Source: Thraustochytrium aureum (Eukaryota). Taken from it: DNA of 21,817 nucleotides. Positions 1 to 8,757 of the stretch are shown piece by piece (position 1 is the stretch's first letter; every line of letters starts with the position of its first letter). Below the pieces are notes generated by a model. It was given only the letters and a program-made list of their open reading frames with translations. It was not told where the DNA came from and did no database searches. A program made the position numbers and the translations under genes. The stretch spans positions 122,880-144,696 of the forward strand of contig BLSG01000059.1 in NCBI GenBank assembly GCA_012862495.1. The letters run 5' to 3'.

Positions 1-591
1 GAGCGCAGCCAAAAGCTGGGCAGCGCTGATGCTCGCCACACCGGGGAGACAAGGTCAATCTCAGGTCTCGGGCGGGAGCTGGCGAATGCCACCCTTGCGG
101 ATTTTACTAGAGAGAGAAAGGGAGCGTGGGCTAGAGGTTGAATTCAACCCAGCGTGCTGGCCCAGAACACCAGGTCTCACGCATGAAACGAGAGAAAGGA
201 GGTCATACCGTCAAGCGCCGCATTCGCCGCAAGCACTTTTTGGTTTGCCGGCCGTGCGGCCCCGCAGCGCGACCAGCAGCTCGCATGAACACAAGTCTTC
301 GAACCTATTTATTTTCAAAAAACTGTGCTGTGCACTCGAGATGCATCGCCAAACCTTTGGAAGCACCAACTGGAGCATCTCACTGCGACCCTGCGGCTGC
401 GCGCTGGAGAGAACCCCGGCCAGCGCCATGGTGTTGGGGTTTGAAGCCTGCGACGAAACAAAGGCATGCATGGAGTACCGCGATGACCCCAAAACGACCG
501 AGCTCAAAGCCGCGCTCTCCGCCGGGTTGAACGCTCTCCATGGAGAACGAAAGTCGCTGTTCCGAAGCAGCGCTCCACGAAAGAGCGGCAT
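1..591 (-). CDS. Hypothetical protein, partial; spliced (intron 107-208), runs off the left edge, start codon uncertain
   Basis: The minus ORF MPLFRGALLRNSDF...LLVALRGRTAGKPK continues as VLAANAALD|VKSARVAFASSRPRPEIDLVSP if one A is removed from the A5 run (plus T237-241) and the 107-208 intron is spliced. ATG at 591 is only a candidate; the frame is open to 753. No family recognised. Confidence 0.5.
107..208 (-). other. Spliceosomal GT-AG intron (102 nt)
   Basis: Minus strand reads G|GTATGA at 208 and ends in a pure pyrimidine tract CCCTTTCTCTCTCTAG| at 107. Only one of the three frames is open across the splice junction. Confidence 0.7.
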
Positions 592-900
592 CAACGCGCG
601 GCCCCGTGCACGTGCTCCAACGCAGCCACGGCTCCCACAGTACTTACGAAGCAGCACATCCACCGCGCAGGCAAGTGAATACCAACCAACAACAGCCAGC
701 CAGCCACCAACGCCGGCGCTGCAACAAACACACCAACGAACCAACCACAACACGAAGCCTTGGCGAGTCGTTGGGGACGCTGCTGCTGAGCAACGTGAAC
801 CGCCGCGGCGGCTCGCGAGAGGACAGTTGTGGTCAGAGTGTCCTGGTGCACGATGCTCACTTGTTCCTACTGGAGGCGGTCAGACCACAAAGTGCGCGAG

Positions 901-969
901 CAGGCCAGTCTCGAACAGGCCGGTCTCGAGCAGCTCAGGCAGGCAGCTCAGGCAGGCAGGCAGGCAGGC
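901..969 (+). repeat. Short tandem duplications and (CAGG)5 microsatellite upstream of ATG 990
   Basis: caggccagtctcgaa/caggccggtctcgag (901-930), cagctcaggcagg x2 (931-956), (CAGG)5 at 949-968. Confidence 0.8.
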
Positions 970-989
970 TGGTCGTCGTGGCGGCTGCG

Positions 990-1683
990 ATGGGGTTTAG
1001 CGAGGCGCAGGCCAGAAGGGCGAATGCGCTGCGACGGCGCATGGCGCTCGAAGGGGCCGGGCAAGACGCACGGGAGGCAATTGGCGTGCCGAGTATGCCG
1101 CAGCTATGCGCTGCTCAAGGGCGCTGGCTCGGACGCAAGGAGGACGCACAGAGCGCGCAGAGGCACATTGAGCTGCTCAAGAGGATGCAGAGCGACACGC
1201 GCAAGATTCCGCTGGCGGCAAGTCGCGGGGAGAACCGCCTGGCGCCGTCTGTTTGAGAGCCGAGCAAGGACCCCAGCGACGGCGGCGCCGACCCAGCCCG
1301 CCGCCCTCGCCCCCCCGGCCCCAGAAATCCAACTTGGCTAGCCATTGATTGTACCCACAACCGAACAGAAACAGATGCTTGTACCTCCTTCTGAAGCGCG
1401 TTGCTTGCCAGGCCTCGTCGAGGCAGCGGATCAGCCCGTCCACGTTGCGAGCGGCACTCGATCGACGCCGCGGCAGGCCGCCGAATGGGCCCAGGTCTCC
1501 AACGCATCGGTCGAGCTTGAAGCTGGACCTTTATCAAGTGGCGCGGTTGAGGAAAGGCACGACCCAAGGCAACGCAGTGCGCGCTGGCGCGAGATTTTTC
1601 AGCGGTGTCTCGCGCTGCGCGCCCGGCTTGCGCGCGAGCGACACAAGAGGAGGAGAGCGACAACTTTTCAATGTACACAATAA
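990..1683 (+). CDS. Hypothetical protein, structure uncertain (possible intron 1251-1341 or sequence errors)
   Basis: ATG 990 (MGFSEAQARRANAL...) stops at 1256. A second open frame runs 1342-1683 and ends at TAA inside AATAATAAA. A GT..AG segment 1251-1341 would join the two in frame (200 aa), but the donor GTTTGA is weak. No family recognised. Confidence 0.35.
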
Positions 1684-1719
1684 TAAATGATGGAAAGCTG
1701 GCGCGCGAACCGTCAGAGC

Positions 1720-4700
1720 TCAGCTCCGCCTCATTTCGTCCACCATTCGCTCAAAGCGCTCAACGTTTCGAGCCCCCTTCCGGCGCTCGTGCTCCAGGGC
1801 TGTCACGAGGACCCTTACTTCGCCCTGCAATCGCCTGCACTCTGCACTGGCGCGCTCCCCTTCCATCGCGGCACGGCTGGCCTCCTCGCGCAGCTGCCGC
1901 TCGTTGTCCCCGAGCTTTGCCGCGACGAGGCGAAGCTCCTGCTCGACTTGGTCGCGAGACTCCAGGGACGCTTGCGCCAGAGCAAGCCTGCTCTCGACCG
2001 AGGCGGCGCGCGCCTCCGCGGAAGCAGCGCGCTCTTCGGCGGACTGCGCGCTCTCGGTGCGAGCGGCAGTCTGAGCCCTCGCGTCAGCTAACGCCTCTTC
2101 TTTGGCCCGAAACTCCTCTCGCAGCTTGCCGACCTCAGCCTCGACGAGCTCTAGCGCACGAGTCTTGCGCTCAAGCTGCGCTTCGAGCGCCTCCACGCGT
2201 TCCGCAGCGGTTCGGTACTCGTCCAACACTCGCATAGAGTCCTCATAGCTCTCTACGAGGTCTTGCTGCTCAGCAAGGGCCTCCTCAGCGCGGAGCCGCG
2301 CCTCCTCCGCGTTCGCAGCCCGCTCTTCCGCGTCGCGGAGTGCGCGCTCATGCTCGCGGTCGGCCTCGCGCAAGTCGCGCTCGAGCTCGGCGACGCGCCG
2401 GCTCCTGCTTGCGATGGTCTCGTTCTGGTCTTTTAGCATGACCTCCTTGACCTTGAGCGCGTCCGCGCACTCGGCGAGCTGCGCATGGAGCGCCTCGAGG
2501 TCTCTGGAGAACGCGAGCCGCGCCTTGGCGAGCTCGTCGCGCGCAGCGTCTGCTGCAGCCTGGGCTCGCAGCGCTAGCAAGCGCTCTTCGTCGGTGTCTT
2601 TGGCTGCGCGCTGGAGCGCCTTCAGCTCAAGCTCCATCGCGCCAGTGCGTGAGCGAGCCTCGTCTCGCGCCGTCGAGAGCTCGGCCTGCGCTGTGGCAAG
2701 CTGGGCATCGCGCGCGGCAATCGCTTTGGCGGCCTTGGCAAGATGCGCCTTTTGCTCGCTGATAAGACCGACAAGCGAGCGCACTTCCGCCTCGCGCTCA
2801 GCGAGACGCGAGGAAAGCTTGCTGATTGCATCCTTGGCCTCGAGGTGCGAGCATTGCAGCTTTTGCAAGGCCAGACTCGCGCGCTCTGCGTCCGTCTTCC
2901 GCTCCTTCCGGCACTCGTCCAGCGCGGACTTGAGCAGAGCATTCTCCCCTTCAAGGCGGCTCAGTTGCTCGCTAGCTCGCTCCAGTTTCGTCGCGGCTTC
3001 TCGCGACTCTTCGAGCACGACGCCGAGCCGATCCCCCAGGGCTGCGGCCTCGTCAGCGCGCGCCTTCGCTTGGGCTTGGCTCTCCCTTTCACGCCTCTCC
3101 GCCTCTGCCAAGCGCGCTGCCAACGTGCAACTCTGCTCTGCAAGTTGGCGCTGCGTCATTGAGGCAGCGTCTTGAGAACGCTCCAGCCGTGCCTGGAGCT
3201 CGAGGGCCGCGTCCTGGGCTTGCGATAGTTTGTGCCGCAGCATCTCCGCCTCGTGCTGCGCCTCGGCCGCCTGCTGCGTAGCCGCACTCCGCTGCGCATC
3301 ACGCACCTCGGCGTCCTTTTGCAACTTTTCGATGCTCGTTTGCAGCTCTCTGATGCATTTCGCCTGTCCAGTTTGCGCATCGGCCTTTGCTGCTTCGAGC
3401 TTTGCCTTGTACTCGTCAACCTCGATTTGAGCGCGTTTCGCTGCCTCCTCGGCTTTAGCTTGAAGAAGCGCTTCTAGCGCAGCGAGGCGGACCTGGACCG
3501 AGCCGGCCTCGCTCGCCTCCAGCCGCGCGTTCAGAGCTCGCAGGTGCTCGGCTAGGTCCGCGGCCTCAAATGAACTTGCCGCGTCGTTTGCCGACCTAAG
3601 CGCGGCCTGCGCATCGTGCCCGGCGCTGGTTTGTGCGTTTTCGACAGGATCCTGCGCGCTTACGACACTTGCTTCGGCCAGCACTACTTCGCTGCCTGTT
3701 GCGGCAGCTGTTGGCGCAGCGTCCGTCTGCACAGCAACGGTGGTTTTGCTCTCGTTCCTCTCGGTTTGCCGAGCTGTGCCGCTTTTGGGGCGCGGTGGCG
3801 GTGTTGGCGGTGTTCGCTGCGCCTGGCCAACAGCAACGGACTGCCCTGGGGGCGCGCTGGGAGCCGGGGTGCGCGGCGCTCGGTTGTACCTACTTGCCCG
3901 GTCCGCTGCCTCCCCGTCAACATGGAGCTGGCGGCGAACAACGCCATGTGCGATTGCGAGGATCTCCACGACGTCGCCAACCCGCCCGCCGCCCGGGAAC
4001 AACCTATCCAAAAGGGCCAACGGGAGCTTGAGCCCGCCAAGCGCCAGAAGCGCGCGCAGTTCCTTTGGGCCAATTTCGCGCTCGGCATCCCGCCGAAGGT
4101 CGAGGCTAGCTTCCCCAAGTACATCGTCTACATGCGAAAGATCGCTGGAGCGCAGCGGTGGGTCGCGCCGGCTCACCAATCGCGCAATCGCCCTGCGCTG
4201 CTCTGCACTCAAAGAACCTTGCACCACGACTCGGGTGTGCACGATGCGCCGTTCCCGGGACGATGATCTGCTAGTTCGCACGGCAACCGACGCATCCTCC
4301 ACCCACGGGTTTGCTGACGTGCGGCTTGCTGCAGCACCGCGGCCGCGCTCAGCGGCTTCGTCTTCCGGGCTCTCCACCCCGTCAGAGCCATTTCCCTCGA
4401 CCTGTTCGTCTCTTGGCACGCTTGCCTCTCTCAAAGCCCTGGTTTCGATACGTCGCAGAAAGCGCTCCGTGGCACGCTCGAATAACGGCATGGCCAGAAC
4501 CGGCAGCTCGTCCTCAGAACCCTGCCCTCGGTGAGGCCGGCCAGGGTCCTGCGTCGCCGAGCCAACGCTTGACCCCCCTTGCACGCGAGCGTCCTGCTCC
4601 GCAGCATCCGCAGCATCCGTGGTCTGCCCGTCCAGCTCGACGAGCTGAGGCAGAACGCGCAAAACCTTGGCGCGGTACTCGGGCTGTGAGCAAACTGGAT

Positions 4701-5193
4701 TGGCCTGCTCTCCCGTCGCAGACTGTAGCTTGAGCGAGCGCAGCGCCTTGCAATGCACGAGAGGCTGCAGCGCTTGCACGGACGCGATCGAGTTCTCGCG
4801 CAGGTCGAGCTCTTCGAGGGAGGCGAGCACGCTCAAGCCCTCAACAGCGCAGATCGCGTTGTAACTGAGGTCCAGGCGGACCAAACTCACCAGCGGCGGT
4901 AAAGATCCGGGAGGAAGGTCGTGCAGCGAGTTGCTGGCCAAGTCAAGCGCCTGGAGCGCGTCGAGGCCGGCCAAGTCGCACGCCCGAACGCGCGCAATGT
5001 CGTTGGACGAGGCGTCGACGCGCTGCACGCGCACAAACTCGCTCAGCCCCGCTAAGGATTCAATCCTGTTGCCCTGCACATTCACCGAGAGCACGCGGTC
5101 AGCCCCGCCGTCCATGAGCGCGTCTTCGCAAGCATCTTCTACCGACCCAGTCGCATCTTGGTTGACAAGGCTGAGGTGGACTCCAAACGCCAT
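1720..5193 (-). CDS. LRRCC1: Leucine-rich repeat and coiled-coil domain protein, LRRCC1/CLERC/VFL1-like centriole/basal-body protein (1157 aa)
   Basis: ATG at 5193 (MAFGVHLSL). N-terminal SDS22-like LRRs (LDLASNSL, LDLSYNAI, LDLRENSI) are followed by an LRRcap (NPVCSQPEYRAKVLRVLPQLVELDG) and a long C-terminal coiled coil. The coil includes LKVKEVMLKDQNETI, which resembles the conserved LRRCC1 K..I.DQ.ETI segment as I recall it. Confidence 0.8.
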   Translation of the reverse strand: MAFGVHLSLVNQDATGSVEDACEDALMDGGADRVLSVNVQGNRIESLAGLSEFVRVQRVDASSNDIARVRACDLAGLDALQALDLASNSLHDLPPGSLPPLVSLVRLDLSYNAICAVEGLSVLASLEELDLRENSIASVQALQPLVHCKALRSLKLQSATGEQANPVCSQPEYRAKVLRVLPQLVELDGQTTDAADAAEQDARVQGGSSVGSATQDPGRPHRGQGSEDELPVLAMPLFERATERFLRRIETRALREASVPRDEQVEGNGSDGVESPEDEAAERGRGAAASRTSANPWVEDASVAVRTSRSSSRERRIVHTRVVVQGSLSAEQRRAIARLVSRRDPPLRSSDLSHVDDVLGEASLDLRRDAEREIGPKELRALLALGGLKLPLALLDRLFPGGGRVGDVVEILAIAHGVVRRQLHVDGEAADRASRYNRAPRTPAPSAPPGQSVAVGQAQRTPPTPPPRPKSGTARQTERNESKTTVAVQTDAAPTAAATGSEVVLAEASVVSAQDPVENAQTSAGHDAQAALRSANDAASSFEAADLAEHLRALNARLEASEAGSVQVRLAALEALLQAKAEEAAKRAQIEVDEYKAKLEAAKADAQTGQAKCIRELQTSIEKLQKDAEVRDAQRSAATQQAAEAQHEAEMLRHKLSQAQDAALELQARLERSQDAASMTQRQLAEQSCTLAARLAEAERRERESQAQAKARADEAAALGDRLGVVLEESREAATKLERASEQLSRLEGENALLKSALDECRKERKTDAERASLALQKLQCSHLEAKDAISKLSSRLAEREAEVRSLVGLISEQKAHLAKAAKAIAARDAQLATAQAELSTARDEARSRTGAMELELKALQRAAKDTDEERLLALRAQAAADAARDELAKARLAFSRDLEALHAQLAECADALKVKEVMLKDQNETIASRSRRVAELERDLREADREHERALRDAEERAANAEEARLRAEEALAEQQDLVESYEDSMRVLDEYRTAAERVEALEAQLERKTRALELVEAEVGKLREEFRAKEEALADARAQTAARTESAQSAEERAASAEARAASVESRLALAQASLESRDQVEQELRLVAAKLGDNERQLREEASRAAMEGERASAECRRLQGEVRVLVTALEHERRKGARNVERFERMVDEMRRS

Positions 5194-5371
5194 CGTCGCA
5201 GGCGCGCGCAAGCAGCGAGTCCCTCTACGCGGCGCTCGCCCCGCGCCCCGAGCGCCGCCACCGCCGCTGCCGCCGCGAGCAAATGCGGTCTGGGTTGCTG
5301 CTTGGTCTGCCAGTTGTCGCGGAATGAAATTGTCCCAAAACGACAAGCTTTGAACACGGCGCGTTCGAAAA

Positions 5372-6824
5372 TTATGCCCCAGCATTCGGCGCAGCGGCAA
5401 ACCCCAAGTCGTCGTCGCTGGCTTGGTCAGAGTTCCAGTCCACGACGGGGTCCTCATCGGCGTCGTCCGATTCTGCCGACCCGCCGTGACGCTGCCGCGC
5501 TGCCGCGGGCGAGTCGTCGTCATCGTCATCATCCAAGCACGGGTATGAGCTTGCCCACTTGAGCAGGAGACCGTCCAAACCGGCGCTGTAGAGCTCCTGC
5601 GCAGACTCCCGGTAGACGAGTGCCGTCATCGGCATAAAGTGGCCAGCCTGGCCGAGCCCCCGCGAGCAGGCCAGCATGTCGCCGCGCATCATGTCGAAGG
5701 CGCCGAGGCTCGTTCCTTGGACCCCCATCGCGTGAAACACAGTCAATTTGTCCTGAAGGCAAGACCGCTCAGCGGCAGCAAAGACACCCGAAGAGGCTAG
5801 GGCCTGGCCGTGCGGCGCCGCCGCGAAATTCACAAAGGTGTTTTGGAACGTGTACTCGAGGTCAAAGTGCGGGTCGCGCAGAGTGCCGTGCCAGAGGCGC
5901 AGGCGCCCCTCGTATCCGCTTGACAAGAGGAACTGGCCCCCGCACACAAACTCGAGGCCCATCACGGCCCCGTCGTGGGCAGTGTTTTGCTCGTCTAGCA
6001 GGGCCTTACGCTTTTGTCCACGGTGGCGCAGCCGCGAGGCGTTGTTTTGGTCCAGGACCCCAAAGCAGCCCGTCTTCCCGGAGCGCCGCAGGTCCCACAG
6101 CCGCACAGTGCGGTCCAGGCCTCCAGAGGCCAGCACATACTCCGACTCAGGCGACCATGCGCACGTTGTCACGCTACGACGGTGCCCCGTCAGTATCTGC
6201 GCATGGCTGCCGGAGCCGAGGTCACATAACCGCACGTCGCGACCGCGCGTCCCGCACGCGACAAGCTTCGCCGTGGCCCCACCTGCGACGGGGCTCATCC
6301 GCACGCACTCTACCTTTGCGTGCAAGGGGAACTTGCACACTGGAGTGAAAACAGCCGTGTCCCAGGCCAACACAGACTTGTCGTTCGACCCGGTCATAAA
6401 GAGCCCGTTGTCGGCGCCAAACCAGGCCGCCGACCTTATCGCATACGTGTGGCCAACGCGTTGCGCCGTCGCCCGGTCGCACTTGGCCACTGCGCTCTCG
6501 GCTGGCGGGCGCCAAAGGTCGTACAGCACGAGCTCGCCGTTGCCTCGCCCCGCGAGCAAGAGGCGGTCTTCGCACCAGCTGTCGAGGGCAAGCGCAGAAA
6601 GACCGCCGCCGCTCGCGCACGTGGGAAACCCCTCTGCAGCCTCGCCCGCGCAGAGTCGCAAGGACCGCGCCCGGCCGTCGTACGGATTGCGCGAGTTCGT
6701 GGACGTGCCCGTGCCCAGTCTCACGTAGCCGCAGCGACAGGGCCCGGCTCGTCGGCCCGCGGCCCCTGCGCCGCGATTGCCCAGCTCGGCCTGTCACCCG
6801 GTCGGGCCGGCGCGGCAAGGCCAT
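5372..6824 (-). CDS. ERCC8: DNA excision repair protein ERCC-8 / CSA (WD40), ~483 aa; apparent 1-nt frameshift at ~6673
   Basis: WD40 repeats with CSA-like motifs: GHTYAIRSAAWFGADNGLFMTGSNDKSVLAWDT, VRLCDLGSGSHAQILTGH, WSPESEYVLASGGLDRTVRLWDLRRS..CFGVLDQNN, AHDGAVMGL, QELYSAGLDGLLLKW, and an acidic tail containing DWNSD. The main frame has no ATG before its upstream stop. The N-terminus MALPRR...LSLRLRETG...QSVRR (ATG 6824) is in the adjacent frame and matches the CSA N-terminal helix-loop-helix region. Confidence 0.88.
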
Positions 6825-6990
6825 CTCGGCTCGCACGCAAGCTTCCAGCGCCTGAGCAGAGTCGCAGCAGCTGGGCGAAGCAGATCTGCACAGACTGCCA
6901 AGCCAGCGCGCACCTGCCTGAGCCCGAGCCGCGCACGAGGCGACTGTAGCGGCAACCAGCGCGACCACGCGCACGACGAGCAGCCCCATC
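6825..6990. promoter_or_regulatory. Probable bidirectional promoter region (166 bp) between ERCC8 and guanylate kinase
   Basis: Divergent ATGs at 6824 (-) and 6991 (+). Positional inference only; no specific motif identified. Confidence 0.5.
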
Positions 6991-7593
6991 ATGGCTTCTC
7001 CTGCGCGCAAGGCGGCGCTCCTGCTGTGCGGGCCGAGCGGGGTCGGCAAAGGCACGTTGTGCAAGTTGCTGCTCGAGCACCACCCCGACACGTTCGCCTT
7101 CTCCGTGAGCCACACCACCCGGCCGCTGAGGGCGCACGAGCAGGAGGGCAAGCACTACCACTCCATCGCGCGCGAAGACATGGAGGCTGCGATTGCTCGC
7201 GGTGAGTTTGCTGAGTACGCGCATGTCCATGGAAACATCTACGGCACAAGCCTGGCAGAGCTGGAGCGCGTCTCGGCGGCCGGCAAGATTGCCGTTCTTG
7301 ATGTGGACATCAAGGGAGTGCTGAGCATCAGCGCAGTCCCAGGGCTGGACGCGCATTGTGTAGGTGTGCTGCCACCTTCGTTTGATGTTCTGGGTTCGCG
7401 GCTTCGCGGTCGAAACTCAGAGACCGAGGCGGAGATACAGGTGCGACTGCGCCGAGCGCTGGAAGACATGGCGTTTTGCCGCACCGATGCGCGCGTCGAT
7501 GAGCTCATCGTCAACTTTGACAGCTGGCATGTGGGATACCCAAAACTTTGTGAATTTATCGGCAACTGGTGGCCGGGCTCTGCGGCGCTCTAA
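6991..7593 (+). CDS. GUK1: Guanylate kinase (200 aa)
   Basis: P-loop GPSGVGKGT, FSVSHTTRPLR..EQEGKHYH, FAEYAHVHGNIYGTS, VLDVDIKG, and PPSFDVLGSRLRGRNSETE LID region. Confidence 0.96.
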   Translation: MASPARKAALLLCGPSGVGKGTLCKLLLEHHPDTFAFSVSHTTRPLRAHEQEGKHYHSIAREDMEAAIARGEFAEYAHVHGNIYGTSLAELERVSAAGKIAVLDVDIKGVLSISAVPGLDAHCVGVLPPSFDVLGSRLRGRNSETEAEIQVRLRRALEDMAFCRTDARVDELIVNFDSWHVGYPKLCEFIGNWWPGSAAL

Positions 7594-7997
7594 TGCTCCT
7601 CCCCTTGTCGGCCTCAGAGGCGCCGTGCCACTCCACAGCCTGTCGAGGCCCGAGCCCTCTTGGCCTCCCGATGAGCTCCGCAGCGTTTACAAAAGGAAAG
7701 GGAGCCGTACAGTCGCCCAAGCACAAGCGCTCAGAAGACGACAATGCATCAACCTCGCTTTGCGCGTTCGCCGCGCGCGAGCTCGCGCCTGCATGCGCGT
7801 CCTCGCCGACATCCTCGCGATCGATGGAGAACGTAGACTGTCGCGCTTGGCGAGCTACTAGAGTACTTGGAGAGTCGAGCGACCCAGAGCCAAGTGAACG
7901 CATTCTTCTGTTCCTCTGCACGTCTCAGCAGCGCTTCGAGGGAGCGGCAGGCCTCGAAAACGAAGCCGCAGGTTTGTCACTTGCGCGCGTTGAGAAG

Positions 7998-8722
7998 ATG
8001 GAGTTTGCGTCAAAGGTTGCTGGAGAGGTCNNNNNNNNNNNNNNNNNNNNNNNNNNNNNNNNNNNNNNNNNNNNNNNNNNNNNNNNNNNNNNNNNNNNNN
8101 NNNNNNNNNNNNNNNNNNNNNNNNNNNNNNNNNNNNNNNNNNNNNNNNNNNNNNNNNNNNNNNNNNNNNNNNNNNNNNNNNNNNNNNNNNNNNNNNNNNN
8201 NNNNNNNNNNNNNNNNNNNNNNNNNNNNNNNNNNNNNNNNNNNNNNNNNNNNNNNNNNNNNNNNNNNNNNNNNNNNNNNNNNNNNNNNNNNNNNNNNNNN
8301 NNNNNNNNNNNNNNNNNNNNNNNNNNNNNNNNNNNNNNNNNNNNNNNNNNNNNNNNNNNNNNNNNNNNNNNNNNNNNNNNNNNNNNNNNNNNNNNNNNNN
8401 NNNNNNNNNNNNNNNNNNNNNNNNNNNNNNNNNNNNNNNNNNNNNNNNNNNNNNNNNNNNNNNNNNNNNNNNNNNNNNNNNNNNNNNNNNNNNNNNNNNN
8501 NNNNNNNNNNNNNNNNNNNNNNNNNNGGACGGCCTTGTGTCGCGCGTGCTTCTTACGATTGCGCCAATGTTTCTGGGCGGCTACAACGCGGTGCAGCGCG
8601 CAATACCGCGCGAGAGCTGGCGCGCCTGGCGGCTTGAAGGGAGCGTCGAGCTCGGAGGCGATGTCATTGTCTCGATGCTTCCGTTGGGTGACACGGCAGA
8701 TGCAAATAGTTGTCTAAATTGA
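7998..8722 (+). CDS. RibD C-terminal-domain / Rib7-like pyrimidine reductase (riboflavin pathway, DHFR-like fold); only 8528-8722 is diagnostic, middle is in the gap, start tentative
   Basis: After the gap: DGLVSRVLLTIAPMFLGG...WRLEGSVELGGDVIVSM, matching the RibD_C ending GLVD..LTIAP..LGG...LG.DV.. pattern; TGA at 8720-8722. ATG 7998 (AAGATGG context) plus the 496-N gap gives ~240 aa, the size of a stand-alone reductase. Confidence 0.62.
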
Positions 8723-8757
8723 TAGTTCCTCGGCTGGTCGTGGAAGACTCGCGCGCA

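Noticed and set aside
136..160. Perfect 14-bp palindrome GGTTGAATTCAACC and adjacent CCAGC-GT-GCTGG inside the intron
   Set aside because: Single occurrence, with no terminal-repeat/target-duplication structure or snoRNA boxes; no function can be supported.
29..1000. 323-aa plus-strand ORF
   Set aside because: Low-complexity translation that runs through microsatellites and lies antisense to a better-supported spliced gene.
5194..5532. 113-aa N-terminal extension of the LRRCC1 ORF given by the track
   Set aside because: It overlaps the ERCC8 C-terminus in another frame plus the spacer; LRR-like sequence begins only after ATG 5193.
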